Of a stretch of DNA of 64,000 nucleotides, positions 29,901 to 38,614 are shown in pieces (positions within the stretch are counted from its first letter, which is position 1; each line of letters begins with the position of its first letter). The notes beneath the pieces were generated by a model. That model searched no databases and had not been told where the DNA came from. It saw nothing but the letters and a program-made list of their open reading frames with translations. The stretch is from Deltaproteobacteria bacterium. GTDB lineage: Bacteria; Desulfobacterota; Desulfomonilia; UBA1062. The DNA lies in the NCBI GenBank assembly GCA_029547045.1, contig JAKPQL010000063.1:119727-183726 (forward strand). Direction: 5' to 3'. A program made the translations under genes and the position numbers.

Positions 29901-30971
29901 GAGCCCTGCAGGCAGTACCAGCCAGTGAGCCAAGCCGTAGTGCCTCTGGATGTAAGCAGGGCCTGGAGCGACGGACACCTGCAGCTCCCTTTGGGCGAAC
30001 ATGAAGGAATGGCGGTACGGGGAAGGATCGGGGAAGAGGAACCGGAGAACATCCTCCATAACGGTGGACTCCGCCCGGAGCCGCGGGGTCCATCGATACA
30101 GGATCCTGTCTCCCTGCAAGGCCGTCAGGTCGACGAGATCCGTGGGCATGTCCATGGGCGGTTGACTGCCGATGGCGGCCTTCATCACCCCCGCGACCCT
30201 GATCTTGCACATCAGGAAGCCGGCTATGGCCCTGCGCCGCTGTTCCACGGTCTCCAGGGGTTCACCGTTGCGGAACACCGGCCCGATGACCATGAGCCCC
30301 GCCGCATCGCCGATTCCGTTCAGGAGCCGGATATGGTGCGTGGCGAGGACTCTCCCCGTATCCCGCGCCTCCTCGATGAGGCGGAGGATTCCGGGCACGG
30401 ACCCGTAGTCAAAACCCAGTTCACCTCCGGCGGTCTCGAGGGGCTCTGCGTACCGAACCGGGAAGTACGCCTCCCGCTGGTTCGCAACGACGAGGTCCCC
30501 CCTGGGGCCCCTCTCCGTGAAGCGGGATCCGGGTCCGAGAGATGCCTGCATCTCCCGCTCATAGTCGACCCTCTGTCCGTCATCAACCCGGGGGACCCAC
30601 TGGATGCTCTGGAAGATATGCCCCTCGGCGAGCACGGGGGCGACGAGTGCCTGGAACTCCTTCCTGTCGGGGATTCCTGAGTGTTGGACGAACATCCTCA
30701 AGGTCTTGAGGTGGGTCAGCAGGTGATGCATCTCGTACGAGACGAGCTGCGACCTCATGTATGCGTCGCTCCGGAACGAACGCTGCAGGGCCTCGTCCTC
30801 CCGTAGGTGTACAGCCCGGAAGAGGATCATGGTGAGGGCAAGGCCTGCGGCCGCGATCAGGGCGATCCCCGCCAGCCGCCTCACGCGGACGGAAAACGAG
30901 TCAGCACTGGCCCTGTCCATGGTCAAAGCCACCCCCCCCTCTACCGGACGCGAGTACAGGGTGTCCGGCAT
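26904..30971 (-). CDS. multidomain sensor diguanylate cyclase (periplasmic CHASE, TM, PAS, GAF, PAS x3-4, GGDEF)
   Basis: 1355 aa. GGDEF active site TGGDEFLVIL with RxxD I-site, several PAS blocks, a GAF block and an N-terminal CHASE-like periplasmic domain between two TMs. Confidence 0.9.
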   Translation of the reverse strand: MPDTLYSRPVEGGVALTMDRASADSFSVRVRRLAGIALIAAAGLALTMILFRAVHLREDEALQRSFRSDAYMRSQLVSYEMHHLLTHLKTLRMFVQHSGIPDRKEFQALVAPVLAEGHIFQSIQWVPRVDDGQRVDYEREMQASLGPGSRFTERGPRGDLVVANQREAYFPVRYAEPLETAGGELGFDYGSVPGILRLIEEARDTGRVLATHHIRLLNGIGDAAGLMVIGPVFRNGEPLETVEQRRRAIAGFLMCKIRVAGVMKAAIGSQPPMDMPTDLVDLTALQGDRILYRWTPRLRAESTVMEDVLRFLFPDPSPYRHSFMFAQRELQVSVAPGPAYIQRHYGLAHWLVLPAGLGLTLILSMYLHVLMTRRQRAEALAQERTAELRVSEQKYRGLFEQNREGLVICDFDGHVIDANQAVLDMTGYSMGEIRGRSFKDFIPARWHEITMDIIRNTLFKTGFADFPESECIRKDGTLFPTSSKAMLIRDEGGRARMVNIWFTDISERRRMEEEARMSRLRMESQLRMTQLQFPTTQKLLDYALEEVIALTGSRIGYIYHYDDVKQEFTLNSWSREAMKECTVQDRESLTTYRLDKTGIWGEAVRQARPIVVNDFEAHNPLKKGYPEGHAHLKRFLTIPVFRTDRIVAVVGVANKAADYDDADIQQLTLLMNSVWQITERKRAEEELMESRHMLRTIIDAIPVQVYWKDRKLTYLGCNRLLARVAGIASPDEIAGKTDRDLVWAARAEQFRARDWEVIESGRPSLEHEELIIMSDGRRNWFRTSRIPLQDANGQVSGVLGVSYDITESKWMDQALRQERDRVQMYLDIARVMIVVLDRSGEITLINRRGCELTGYTETELLGRNWFEVFIPEEERGAVVGSFRRIIDGELAAERSFENSLVTKAGTRRLIAWNNSAVRDQEGEIIGTLSSGEDITEKRQAEEALRQSRERFKRILEDMPLASSYTDDVGNIEFVNRVFIDIFGYTLEDVPTIEEWFMHAYPDPAYREEVMARWNADATRAKMEGTRIGPAEYHITCKDGRVRICEITGTFMESGMMAVFADITERILSAEALRQSEERFRVQFRGIPIPTYIWKGQGDDFVLIDYNDAALEFTRGRIAGFRGVPAGVFYEGRPWILEDMTRCLREQTAVKGEFWDTLRTTGEKKYMAVNYAFVPPDLVMVHMEDITVRKEAEEHLRYLSIHDPLTGLYNRFYADTEIQRLKAGRKFPASVIVVDIDGLKAVNDTEGHAAGDLLIKNTAYVLRQTFRPEDMVARTGGDEFLVILPSVDGIVLEQSLRRLRVYLSNFNASSPERPVSFSIGASTAHSGEELDECIKQADMAMYLEKARMKAVQGSQE

Positions 30972-31258
30972 GCATCCGGGACCGCGTCACGCACGGCAGC
31001 TGCATTGCCGCGGCTTGGCCCCTCAGGTACCTTATCGGAAAAACGCAGCGGCGCTGTGAGGACGGGAAAGCACCCGGGCCCTCGGGTCATATTCCCCGTG
31101 GAACCCTGCGCCCGAGTATTGTATAGGGATATCGGGACACGTTCGTTCAGGGCGGTCCTCATGATGAGCCGTAGACCTCCGGCCCTGGCACCCGGAGAAC
31201 CATGCACGCACGAGAAGACGGGAGCGGCGGCATATCCTGATACGAGGAGGTACAAGGT

Positions 31259-31544
31259 CATGGCGACATTCATCCTGTTCGGCAAGTATTCTGCAGAGGC
31301 CCTCAAGGGGGTAAGCGAGGCCCGTACGAAAAAGGCGGCCGCCCTTGTCAAGAAGCTCAAGGGAAAGGTCATCGGCATGTACGCCACCCTCGGAGAGAAG
31401 GACCTGGTCTTCATCCTGGAGCTCCCCGGCCTGGACGATGCGATCAAGGCATCCGTTGGCCTGTACAGGCTCACGGGCATCTCCTTCACCACGTCGCCCG
31501 CCATATCCGTGGACCTGTTCGACAAGCTGCTGGCCAAGGGCTGA
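31259..31544 (+). CDS. GYD-domain protein
   Basis: MATFILFGKYSAEALKGVS...KGKVIGMYATLGEKDLVFILELPG, 95 aa. RBS GAGGAGG upstream. Confidence 0.7.
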
Positions 31545-31646
31545 TACGAAACACCGGGGTCCTTCCAGATCCATCGGGGGAGGTCCTTTCCCGAGAGGAG
31601 GGACAAGGGCCCAAGATGAACGGTGTACGGCACAGAGGGAGTCCCC

Positions 31647-31907
31647 ATGCGCACGCGTCACATGATCACGATCTGCGCCGCAGCAGCTCTGGCCGCAGTC
31701 TCCCGGGGATGCACGAAGGCGGAACCCGGCATCATTGCGCAGAAATGCTCATCCTGCCACGCCACGGCGGTAATCCATGAAAAGAAGCGCACCCTCGACG
31801 AGTGGGGACGCACCGTCCACGCCATGAAGGAGCGGGGACTCGCGCTGACCGCCGAGGAGGAAAAGCAGGTCCTCGAGGCGCTTGCCGGGCACTTCGGTTC
31901 GGACTAG
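31647..31907 (+). CDS. small mono-haem c-type cytochrome-like lipoprotein
   Basis: Signal with SRGC lipobox and a single CSSCH (CxxCH) motif, 86 aa. Confidence 0.45.
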   Translation: MRTRHMITICAAAALAAVSRGCTKAEPGIIAQKCSSCHATAVIHEKKRTLDEWGRTVHAMKERGLALTAEEEKQVLEALAGHFGSD

Positions 31908-32013
31908 GGACGCTCCCGGCCTGGCGGGTCGACCCGACATGGAAAGGCCCGGGAATGTCCTTCCCGGGCCGAAGAGTGATCTGTCTGCCGCGGCCGTTGC
32001 TGCTGGGTACGCT

Positions 32014-33945
32014 TCAGTTGAAGTCCGTGGGCGGCGGGACGTTCTGGGGCCTGCCTGTATCTTCCCCGCCAATCCTGTCCCGCTCTATGACGACCTTGTG
32101 CCACCCCTTCTTCTCGTCCCTGGCCTGCTCCAGGTATGACTTCAGGGCCGCCTCGCGTTTCGCTGCCAGAAGCCCGCTCCTGAGCTCCTGGGCCTTCTTC
32201 TCGTCCAGCATGCCGATGTCGGCGATCTTCCTTGATTTCAGCCATACCACGTATACCGCTCCACCGGCCTCATAGGTCCTGGGGGTGCTCAGTGCATCCA
32301 GGTCATCCATGAGCTTGGGGATCATGGAGAGCTTCGGCACCACACGGGTAGAGCGCGTGAACTCTCCGGTGCTCGACGGGTTCATGGCGCCCAGCTGATC
32401 TGCGGGTGCATCCGCAAGCCTGCGGGCATACTCCTTGGCCTTCTTCAGGGACGCATCGGCGGCTGCGTCGGCCTTCACCGCCTGGGCGATCTCCTTGAGA
32501 TCGGGGATGCGCGAGAGCTCCTTGCCTTCCACCACGTAGATGAAATACCCCTCCGGGGTGCCTACCACATCTCCCAGCTCACCGGCGGAGAAGGCAAAGG
32601 CCTTCTTCAGGGCCTCGGGACTCATGGATACGCCTGCATCCTGTCCCTCGGAGAACGGGCCAACCTTCCTCACCGCAAGACCCCTGGCCTTGGCATACCC
32701 TTCCAGGTCCAGCGTCTTCTGCTCGTAGAGCTCCATGAAAGCCTTCTTCGCCTCGGCATGCGCCACTATCTTGGCACGCTGCAGTCTGAGGGTGTCCATG
32801 ACGGCGGATGACACCTCCTCAAAGGGGAGGGTCTTCTCCTCTTCCCGGGCCTCCAGTTTGAGAATCTCCAATCCGGCCGCGGTTCTCACCGGACCCTTGA
32901 CCTCGCCGGTCTTCATGCCGCGCACAGCCTCCGCAAGCTCGCTGTGCAGGCTGTCGACGGGCACCATGCCGATGTCTCCGCCCTTGGCTGCGGTCACCTC
33001 GTCCTCGGAATACTGCCGTGCGAGTGCGGCGAAGTCCTTGCCGGCATTGGCCTCGGCGAGTATCTTCCGAGCGAGTTCCTCCTTCTGTGAGATCTCCTGC
33101 CCCCGGGCACCTTCGGAGACCCTCACGAGAATCCGGCGCACCTGGACCTTGGCGGACTCGCTGAATTCAGACCTGTGGCCTTCGAAATAGTCGCGGGCGT
33201 CCTCGGGGGTGACCTCTGCCTGGGCCATGTATGCGGATGCGGGGAAATCTACGACCTTCAGGGTGATCCGGGGCGGAACCCGGTACCGCTCCTTGTTCGC
33301 ATCGAAGAAGGCGCTGACCTCACCGTCCGCCACCTGCACATCCCTGGAGAACTGAGCGGGATCGACGACCAGCCAGTTCAGCTCGTAGGTGTCGCTGATC
33401 CTGTGGAAGGCCGCCTCGAGCTCCTGCCGGGAAACGATGATGTTCTCGGTGATCACGGACGCGAAGAGCTGCCTGATGAAGTCCCTGCGGAAGCTCTGCT
33501 CGAATTCGGCCGGGGTGAGACGCTCGTACTCAAGGTGCTTGCGATAGATCGACTCATCGAACTTCCCGTCACGCTGGAACGCCGGCACCTGGGCGATGAT
33601 CTGCTGGAGGTCGGCATCCTTTACCACTATACCCATCTTCTTGGCATCGACCTCGATGATGTACTGGTCGACGAGCTGGTCGAGGACCTTGTTCCGCAGA
33701 TCGAGCCGTTTGACCATCTCCGGGGTCAGGGCCTCACCGAACTGCTGCTGGTACCGCTTCAACGTGTCCGAATACGCCTTCGAGTACTGCTCCATCGATA
33801 TGATGTGCCGGTCGATCTTGGCGACCTTGTTCGCCTCGCGGCTGACATACGAGCTCCCGCCCCACAGGATGAACACGAAAATGATCGCCCCGAAGGCGAT
33901 ATAGGCAAGCCATCCCTTGGAATGTCTGCGTAAATAGGTAAGCAT
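32014..33945 (-). CDS. ppiD: periplasmic chaperone/peptidyl-prolyl isomerase PpiD
   Basis: N-terminal TM anchor, SurA-N-like domain, parvulin-like segment, 643 aa. Confidence 0.85.
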   Translation of the reverse strand: MLTYLRRHSKGWLAYIAFGAIIFVFILWGGSSYVSREANKVAKIDRHIISMEQYSKAYSDTLKRYQQQFGEALTPEMVKRLDLRNKVLDQLVDQYIIEVDAKKMGIVVKDADLQQIIAQVPAFQRDGKFDESIYRKHLEYERLTPAEFEQSFRRDFIRQLFASVITENIIVSRQELEAAFHRISDTYELNWLVVDPAQFSRDVQVADGEVSAFFDANKERYRVPPRITLKVVDFPASAYMAQAEVTPEDARDYFEGHRSEFSESAKVQVRRILVRVSEGARGQEISQKEELARKILAEANAGKDFAALARQYSEDEVTAAKGGDIGMVPVDSLHSELAEAVRGMKTGEVKGPVRTAAGLEILKLEAREEEKTLPFEEVSSAVMDTLRLQRAKIVAHAEAKKAFMELYEQKTLDLEGYAKARGLAVRKVGPFSEGQDAGVSMSPEALKKAFAFSAGELGDVVGTPEGYFIYVVEGKELSRIPDLKEIAQAVKADAAADASLKKAKEYARRLADAPADQLGAMNPSSTGEFTRSTRVVPKLSMIPKLMDDLDALSTPRTYEAGGAVYVVWLKSRKIADIGMLDEKKAQELRSGLLAAKREAALKSYLEQARDEKKGWHKVVIERDRIGGEDTGRPQNVPPPTDFN

Positions 33946-34180
33946 TCAGTGCTCCTTCACACCCAATGACATATTGCAGGGCAAAATAGTTGAAGAGAAG
34001 AATTATTGCAAGGATTTCATGCGGGCGCCTCCTGCGCGGCCGGTCATACGCACCGGGCCGCGACCGGCGAAGGAGCCCGGTACCGCAGAGGAACCCCTTG
34101 TCTTCCCGACCATTTCTTCCTATACTGCGCACTGATCTTCGTGACAGGGCGGCATGCCTGTACGGGTGAAGGAGGGGCAA

Positions 34181-34455
34181 TGGAGAAGATCTTGTTTCTG
34201 AGCGGCATAGCCGGCGTGGTGGGCGGGGTCTCCGTGATATTCTACCAGGCAATCACGTTTCTCCGGGACGATGTGTGGAACCCGTATTCCCTGCTGGATG
34301 GCATAGAACGCGTGTCATCCTCGTTGTCCGTGAGCATCTCAGGGATCCCGGCCCTGGCGAACGTCATGGAACAGTGCCCCCTCTCTGCGGGTCTCATCGC
34401 CATCGGCGTCCTGCTGCTGCTGGGGGCGGGCCGCCTGAGGAACAAGTACGCATAG
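34181..34455 (+). CDS. small membrane protein (91 aa)
   Basis: RBS GGAGGGG precedes the ATG. Two hydrophobic helices. Confidence 0.4.
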
Positions 34456-34508
34456 AGGCCTTCCGGAGCGGGAGGCCCTCGGGCTGCGTGCATGTTGCCG
34501 GGCCCCGA

Positions 34509-35027
34509 TCACGGCGCTTTCCCGCGCCTTCCCTCCGCACTTCCGAGCCCCTCTCGATCTGGGTCCTTCCACATCCCCAGTCCCCTGGAACGGGCCTCCT
34601 TCTCATACATGATGAACAGGTCCCGCCACGGGTGGCGATACTGCCGGTAAGCCCGTGCCCAACCCTCGCGGATCATGCGCCCGTTCACCAGCACGTCTCC
34701 CGCGTACACGTACGCGAGCGTCCTGCCGTACCTGTCCCTGACCGGGTCACCATAGGAGAGGCGAACCTCCCTGCCCAGCACCAGCGATGAGAGGAAGGCC
34801 TTGCTCTCGGGGCCATAGGGCTCCCGGACGGTGTACGGCGAGTCCATCTCGGGCGCGTCCACGCCGATGAGGCGTACCCTGGTACCGTCATGGAGCATGA
34901 TGGTGTCCCCGTCGAAGACCCGGGAGACCCGGGCGGTATTGCCCGAGCCCACGGCGTGGTAGATGCCCAGGAGTACGATGGATGCGCACACTGCAAGGAA
35001 GACGATGAGTTTTCCGCCCCGCTTCAT
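34509..35027 (-). CDS. thermonuclease (SNase-like) with N-terminal membrane anchor
   Basis: FDGDTIML...RLIGVDAPE...GRTLAYVY SNase motifs. RBS GGATGGAGGGG. Confidence 0.75.
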   Translation of the reverse strand: MKRGGKLIVFLAVCASIVLLGIYHAVGSGNTARVSRVFDGDTIMLHDGTRVRLIGVDAPEMDSPYTVREPYGPESKAFLSSLVLGREVRLSYGDPVRDRYGRTLAYVYAGDVLVNGRMIREGWARAYRQYRHPWRDLFIMYEKEARSRGLGMWKDPDREGLGSAEGRRGKAP

Positions 35028-35049
35028 GGCCCCTCCATCCGCTGGGTCC

Positions 35050-36168
35050 TCATCGGCCGGAGAGCTCGCCGAGGTCGCCCAGCAGGGTCCTCGCATACAG
35101 CTCGCTGTGGCTCACCGGCGCGAGGTGGGTCCCCGGCAGCACCCTCAGGGACACCCGTCCGGGATCGGGCACGTCCGCGAAGAATGTCTTCGTGAACCTG
35201 AGGGAGTCTTCCTCCCCCAAGTCCGTCCCTTGGACGCCGAGCTGACGCTGGGGATCCATGCAGGAGTCGTCGGCGCCGAAGATCACCGCGATACGGTGCA
35301 GGTGGGCCGCCGTGAAGAGGGAGCTGTCGGTGTATGCCGCGCAGTCGCCGATGTCCGTGAAGATACGGCCGAGCCTGGCAGGCTTGAGGTCGATGACGGC
35401 TCCCGGTACTGACCTGAAGAAGTCCCCGGCAATACCCTTGGTGAAGCCCCATGCCGAGCTGAAGGTCTGGCCGGCATGGCCGTTGCCCATCTTCGCAGCG
35501 ATCCTCAGGCATTCGTAGGAGAACCTGCCCGTGAGCCCCCAGGCGCCCCACCGCTCGTATCCTGCCGGACAGACCTGCCCGAGGGACCGGACAGATCCCG
35601 GGTGGGCGTGGGCGAACCTCCGGGCCAGGATCCCCCCGTGGGACCACCCTGTGCTGACGAGCATCGTGGCGGAGGGACCCGTTGCCGGGGGCACCGGGTC
35701 CCCGTTCAGGGTCACCGGGATGCCGGCCTGCCGCATGAAGCCGGCCACGGCAAACCCCTGCCTTGCAAGGGCGTACCGCACCATCTCCATGAGCACGATA
35801 TCCTTGCCGCTGTCTCCATGGAACACCGGGTCTGCGCCGAAGGGGGTGTCGCACACGGGGACCACCACCAGGCCGGATCTGCTCAGCAGGGCGAGCCGGC
35901 TCGTGAACCCGTAGGCGTCGTCAGGCCGCTGGGCATGGCCGTGGAAAAAGACCAGTACCGGACCTGCCGGGGAGCCCCGCTTCGCATCGGCCTGTCTCTC
36001 CTGGCCGGAACGGGCGTCTACGCACAGGAGAAAGCCCCTGATCTCCTCACCGTTGAAGCCGATGCTCAGGGACTCCACCCGGGGATCCCTCGGCACGGAC
36101 CGCTCGTGGGCCATGAGCTCTGCGGAAACCATGGTCATGGCCATGAGCATGGGGATCACGATCTTCAT
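35050..36168 (-). CDS. secreted alpha/beta hydrolase
   Basis: Signal peptide MKIVIPMLMAMTMVSAELMA, GWSHGG nucleophile elbow, FFHGHAQ oxyanion region. Confidence 0.65.
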   Translation of the reverse strand: MKIVIPMLMAMTMVSAELMAHERSVPRDPRVESLSIGFNGEEIRGFLLCVDARSGQERQADAKRGSPAGPVLVFFHGHAQRPDDAYGFTSRLALLSRSGLVVVPVCDTPFGADPVFHGDSGKDIVLMEMVRYALARQGFAVAGFMRQAGIPVTLNGDPVPPATGPSATMLVSTGWSHGGILARRFAHAHPGSVRSLGQVCPAGYERWGAWGLTGRFSYECLRIAAKMGNGHAGQTFSSAWGFTKGIAGDFFRSVPGAVIDLKPARLGRIFTDIGDCAAYTDSSLFTAAHLHRIAVIFGADDSCMDPQRQLGVQGTDLGEEDSLRFTKTFFADVPDPGRVSLRVLPGTHLAPVSHSELYARTLLGDLGELSGR

Positions 36169-36271
36169 CACCGTCTTCACCTTCCGCATGGGCGGCCAGG
36201 GATGTCACCCTGTCCGGGTACGCGCACAGGGGGGCATGCCGGACTGTATGATCTGGGCCTTTCGCTGACGG

Positions 36272-36955
36272 TCATTTGGTGTGGGAGGAGCCCTTCTCGA
36301 TGTCCAGGATGATGTGTCCGCCCGGGAACGACTTGGTCACGTAATCGTGGAGGTTCTCCATCTTCCGGATGATGTCGCGGATCTTGCGCGCCTCGGTGAG
36401 GATCGACTGGCCCATCTCCCTGGCCACGGGGCCTTCGGCTGCGCCCTTGGCAATGGCGCTCGCCTCGCCCATGAGCACGGTGAGAGGCTGGAAGACCTCG
36501 TGGGCCGTGGTGCTCGCGAGCTGGGTGATCATGTCAAAGTACTTCAGCCTGTCCTGCTCGTCCCGGATCGTGATGTAGTTGAAGGCCCTCCTCACGGTGA
36601 ACCGGAGCAGCTCGGCGGAAAACGGCTTGATGATGTAGTCGTAGGCCCCGGCGCGCAACGCGTCGATGACGCTGTCGATGGTGGCGTACCCGGTGATGAC
36701 GACGATGAGGGAATTCAGGCGGCGCTTATGGATGAAGTCGATGACCGCCATCCCGTCGATATCGGGCATCCGCAGGTCGGTGATCACCACGGGGTATTCC
36801 TTCTCCGTCATGAGCCTGATGCCCATCTCGCCGCCCACCGCGATGTCGACCTTGATGCCTTCCTCGACGAGGATGTCCTCCACGAGATAACATTCGCCCT
36901 CGTCATCGTCGATGACGAGGACCGTGCGCTCTTCACCTGGCACAGGGGATTCCAT
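36272..36955 (-). CDS. response-regulator receiver fused to a HisKA dimerisation/phosphoacceptor helix (no HATPase_c)
   Basis: REC domain (VLVIDDDEGE...ITDLRMPDIDG...VVITGY) followed by TAHEVFQPLTVL (H-box) and no ATP-binding domain. 227 aa. Confidence 0.75.
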   Translation of the reverse strand: MESPVPGEERTVLVIDDDEGECYLVEDILVEEGIKVDIAVGGEMGIRLMTEKEYPVVITDLRMPDIDGMAVIDFIHKRRLNSLIVVITGYATIDSVIDALRAGAYDYIIKPFSAELLRFTVRRAFNYITIRDEQDRLKYFDMITQLASTTAHEVFQPLTVLMGEASAIAKGAAEGPVAREMGQSILTEARKIRDIIRKMENLHDYVTKSFPGGHIILDIEKGSSHTK

Positions 36956-37086
36956 ATATCTTTCAAAGATAAACGAGACGGGTGGATTAATCAAGAGATA
37001 CGTACGGACGGTACGGGCGGTACTCAATGCTGCATGCGGCCGTCAGCAGGGGCGGAGGCGACGGTCGAGGGCCACCAGTGACGGGA

Positions 37087-37275
37087 CTAGTTGTCCGTCT
37101 TGGTGAGATCCAGGTTTCCCAGATAGGAGTGCACCATCGCAACAGCCGGTGAAAGGAGCGGATTGTGGTGCTCGTCGTATTCCACCACGAATCTCTCGCC
37201 CGCAAAATAGATCACCACGGGCCTTACCTCTTCCCACCTGTTCACGAGTCTCTCCCTGTACTCTTCCACTCTCAT
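37087..37275 (-). CDS. hypothetical small protein (62 aa)
   Basis: Coding-like. Sits between the ATPase and the REC-HisKA gene. No homology recognised. Confidence 0.3.
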   Translation of the reverse strand: MRVEEYRERLVNRWEEVRPVVIYFAGERFVVEYDEHHNPLLSPAVAMVHSYLGNLDLTKTDN

Positions 37276-37348
37276 GTGATGGCGACCTTTCCTGATCTTC
37301 TTACTGTTCTCTATCGGCCGAAACGGGGTTCACTTGAGAAGATACGGG

Positions 37349-38569
37349 TCAGCTCATGCCGAAAATCATGGCAAACCGGCCGAGTCCGCTTTTGAGCTCC
37401 TGGTTGTATGTCCTGAGCTCAGGCGGCTCCATGACGATCCTGCCGAGATACTCCAGGCACTGCGACGGCTTGCTTTTGGGATTCACGACCGTGAAGGGCT
37501 TTCTCTGTGCCTCAGCGGCGCGGATGGAGTCCTTGTCGTAAAGCACGCCTCCCAGGTACTGGGGCTTCACGGAGAAGAAGGTCTCCAGGTTGTTGATGCG
37601 CTCATCTGCAGTCTGGCAGATCCTGTTGAAGATGAAGATGCCCTGGTTGAGGTTGGCGATCTGGTTCATGACCACCCATGGAGAGAAGACCCTGCGCGGT
37701 TTGTAGAACTCCACCTTTTCCATGAGCTTCTCCTCGATGGCCTTGAACTGCTGGAACGCCGCCTTGATGCAGGCGTACCCCGCGATGATGTCCTGGGGGG
37801 TGGTGATGATGATGATCTCGTCGGAGGCCAGGGCGAAGTCGAGCACCGTGGTGGTGATGCCGGCGCTCAGGTCGAAGACCGTGAAGTCGTACCGCTGGCT
37901 GATGTTCCTGAACCCCCGGATGAACTTGGAGCGCTGGATGTAGTTGATGTTGGCCAGTTTGAACTCCCCGGAGCTCCCCGCGATGAGGTCGAACCCCATA
38001 TGGGTCTTCTCGATCATGGAATCGAGTTCCACGTCCCCGAGGAGAAAATCGTACAGGGTGTACTCGGGGAACAGGGCAAGCTTGTTGGAGATGTCCGCGT
38101 TTCCGAGATCGGCGTCGATGAGCAGGACCTTTTTCCTGCAGCCGCTGATGACCTTTGCCATGTTCATGGCCACGTGGGTCTTGCCCACTCCGCCCTTGTT
38201 GGAGATGATGGAGATGATCCGGCTCCGCGGGGCGGGCTGGACGCCGGTCGCATCCGGTGAGCCGTTGCCGTTGGGGTAGTACAGGTCGATGGCCTTTTCG
38301 ATGGCCTGCACGTCGGCCAGTGCCGGATACACCTTCCTGCCCATGTGGCTGCTCAGGGTGTTGATGATGTCCTTGTGCTCGGGGTTTCCGATGGCCACCA
38401 GCACGCCGTCCCCCAGGAACCGGATGGGGAGGCTCAGGTAGTCCTTCGCAAACTTCTGCTTCAGGAGCTTTATGCAGCGCGGATCGGGGGCCTCGCGGGA
38501 GATGTCGATGTAGGGCATGCCGCTCTTGCGTGCCAGGGTCCGGATATCGATATCGGTCGTATTCATCAT
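37349..38569 (-). CDS. MinD/ParA-family P-loop ATPase with N-terminal T2SS-E (GspE) N-domain
   Basis: The N-terminus (MPYIDISREAPDPRCIKLL...LPIRFLGDGVLVAIGNPEH) has the T2SSE_N pattern, followed by deviant Walker A ISNKGGVGKTHVAMNMA, and Walker B VLLIDADLGN. Lower GC than flanks. ATG with RBS GGGAAGAGG preferred over the upstream TTG. Confidence 0.75.
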   Translation of the reverse strand: MMNTTDIDIRTLARKSGMPYIDISREAPDPRCIKLLKQKFAKDYLSLPIRFLGDGVLVAIGNPEHKDIINTLSSHMGRKVYPALADVQAIEKAIDLYYPNGNGSPDATGVQPAPRSRIISIISNKGGVGKTHVAMNMAKVISGCRKKVLLIDADLGNADISNKLALFPEYTLYDFLLGDVELDSMIEKTHMGFDLIAGSSGEFKLANINYIQRSKFIRGFRNISQRYDFTVFDLSAGITTTVLDFALASDEIIIITTPQDIIAGYACIKAAFQQFKAIEEKLMEKVEFYKPRRVFSPWVVMNQIANLNQGIFIFNRICQTADERINNLETFFSVKPQYLGGVLYDKDSIRAAEAQRKPFTVVNPKSKPSQCLEYLGRIVMEPPELRTYNQELKSGLGRFAMIFGMS

Positions 38570-38614
38570 GTGGGCCTCTTCCCTCATAGTTTTCGGAAAA
38601 AAACCCAAATAGCT

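Noticed and set aside
27231-30680. 560- and 533-aa plus-strand ORFs opposite the GGDEF sensor gene
   Set aside because: Antisense artefacts with His/Arg/Pro-rich junk. The minus-strand gene has PAS, GAF and GGDEF motifs.
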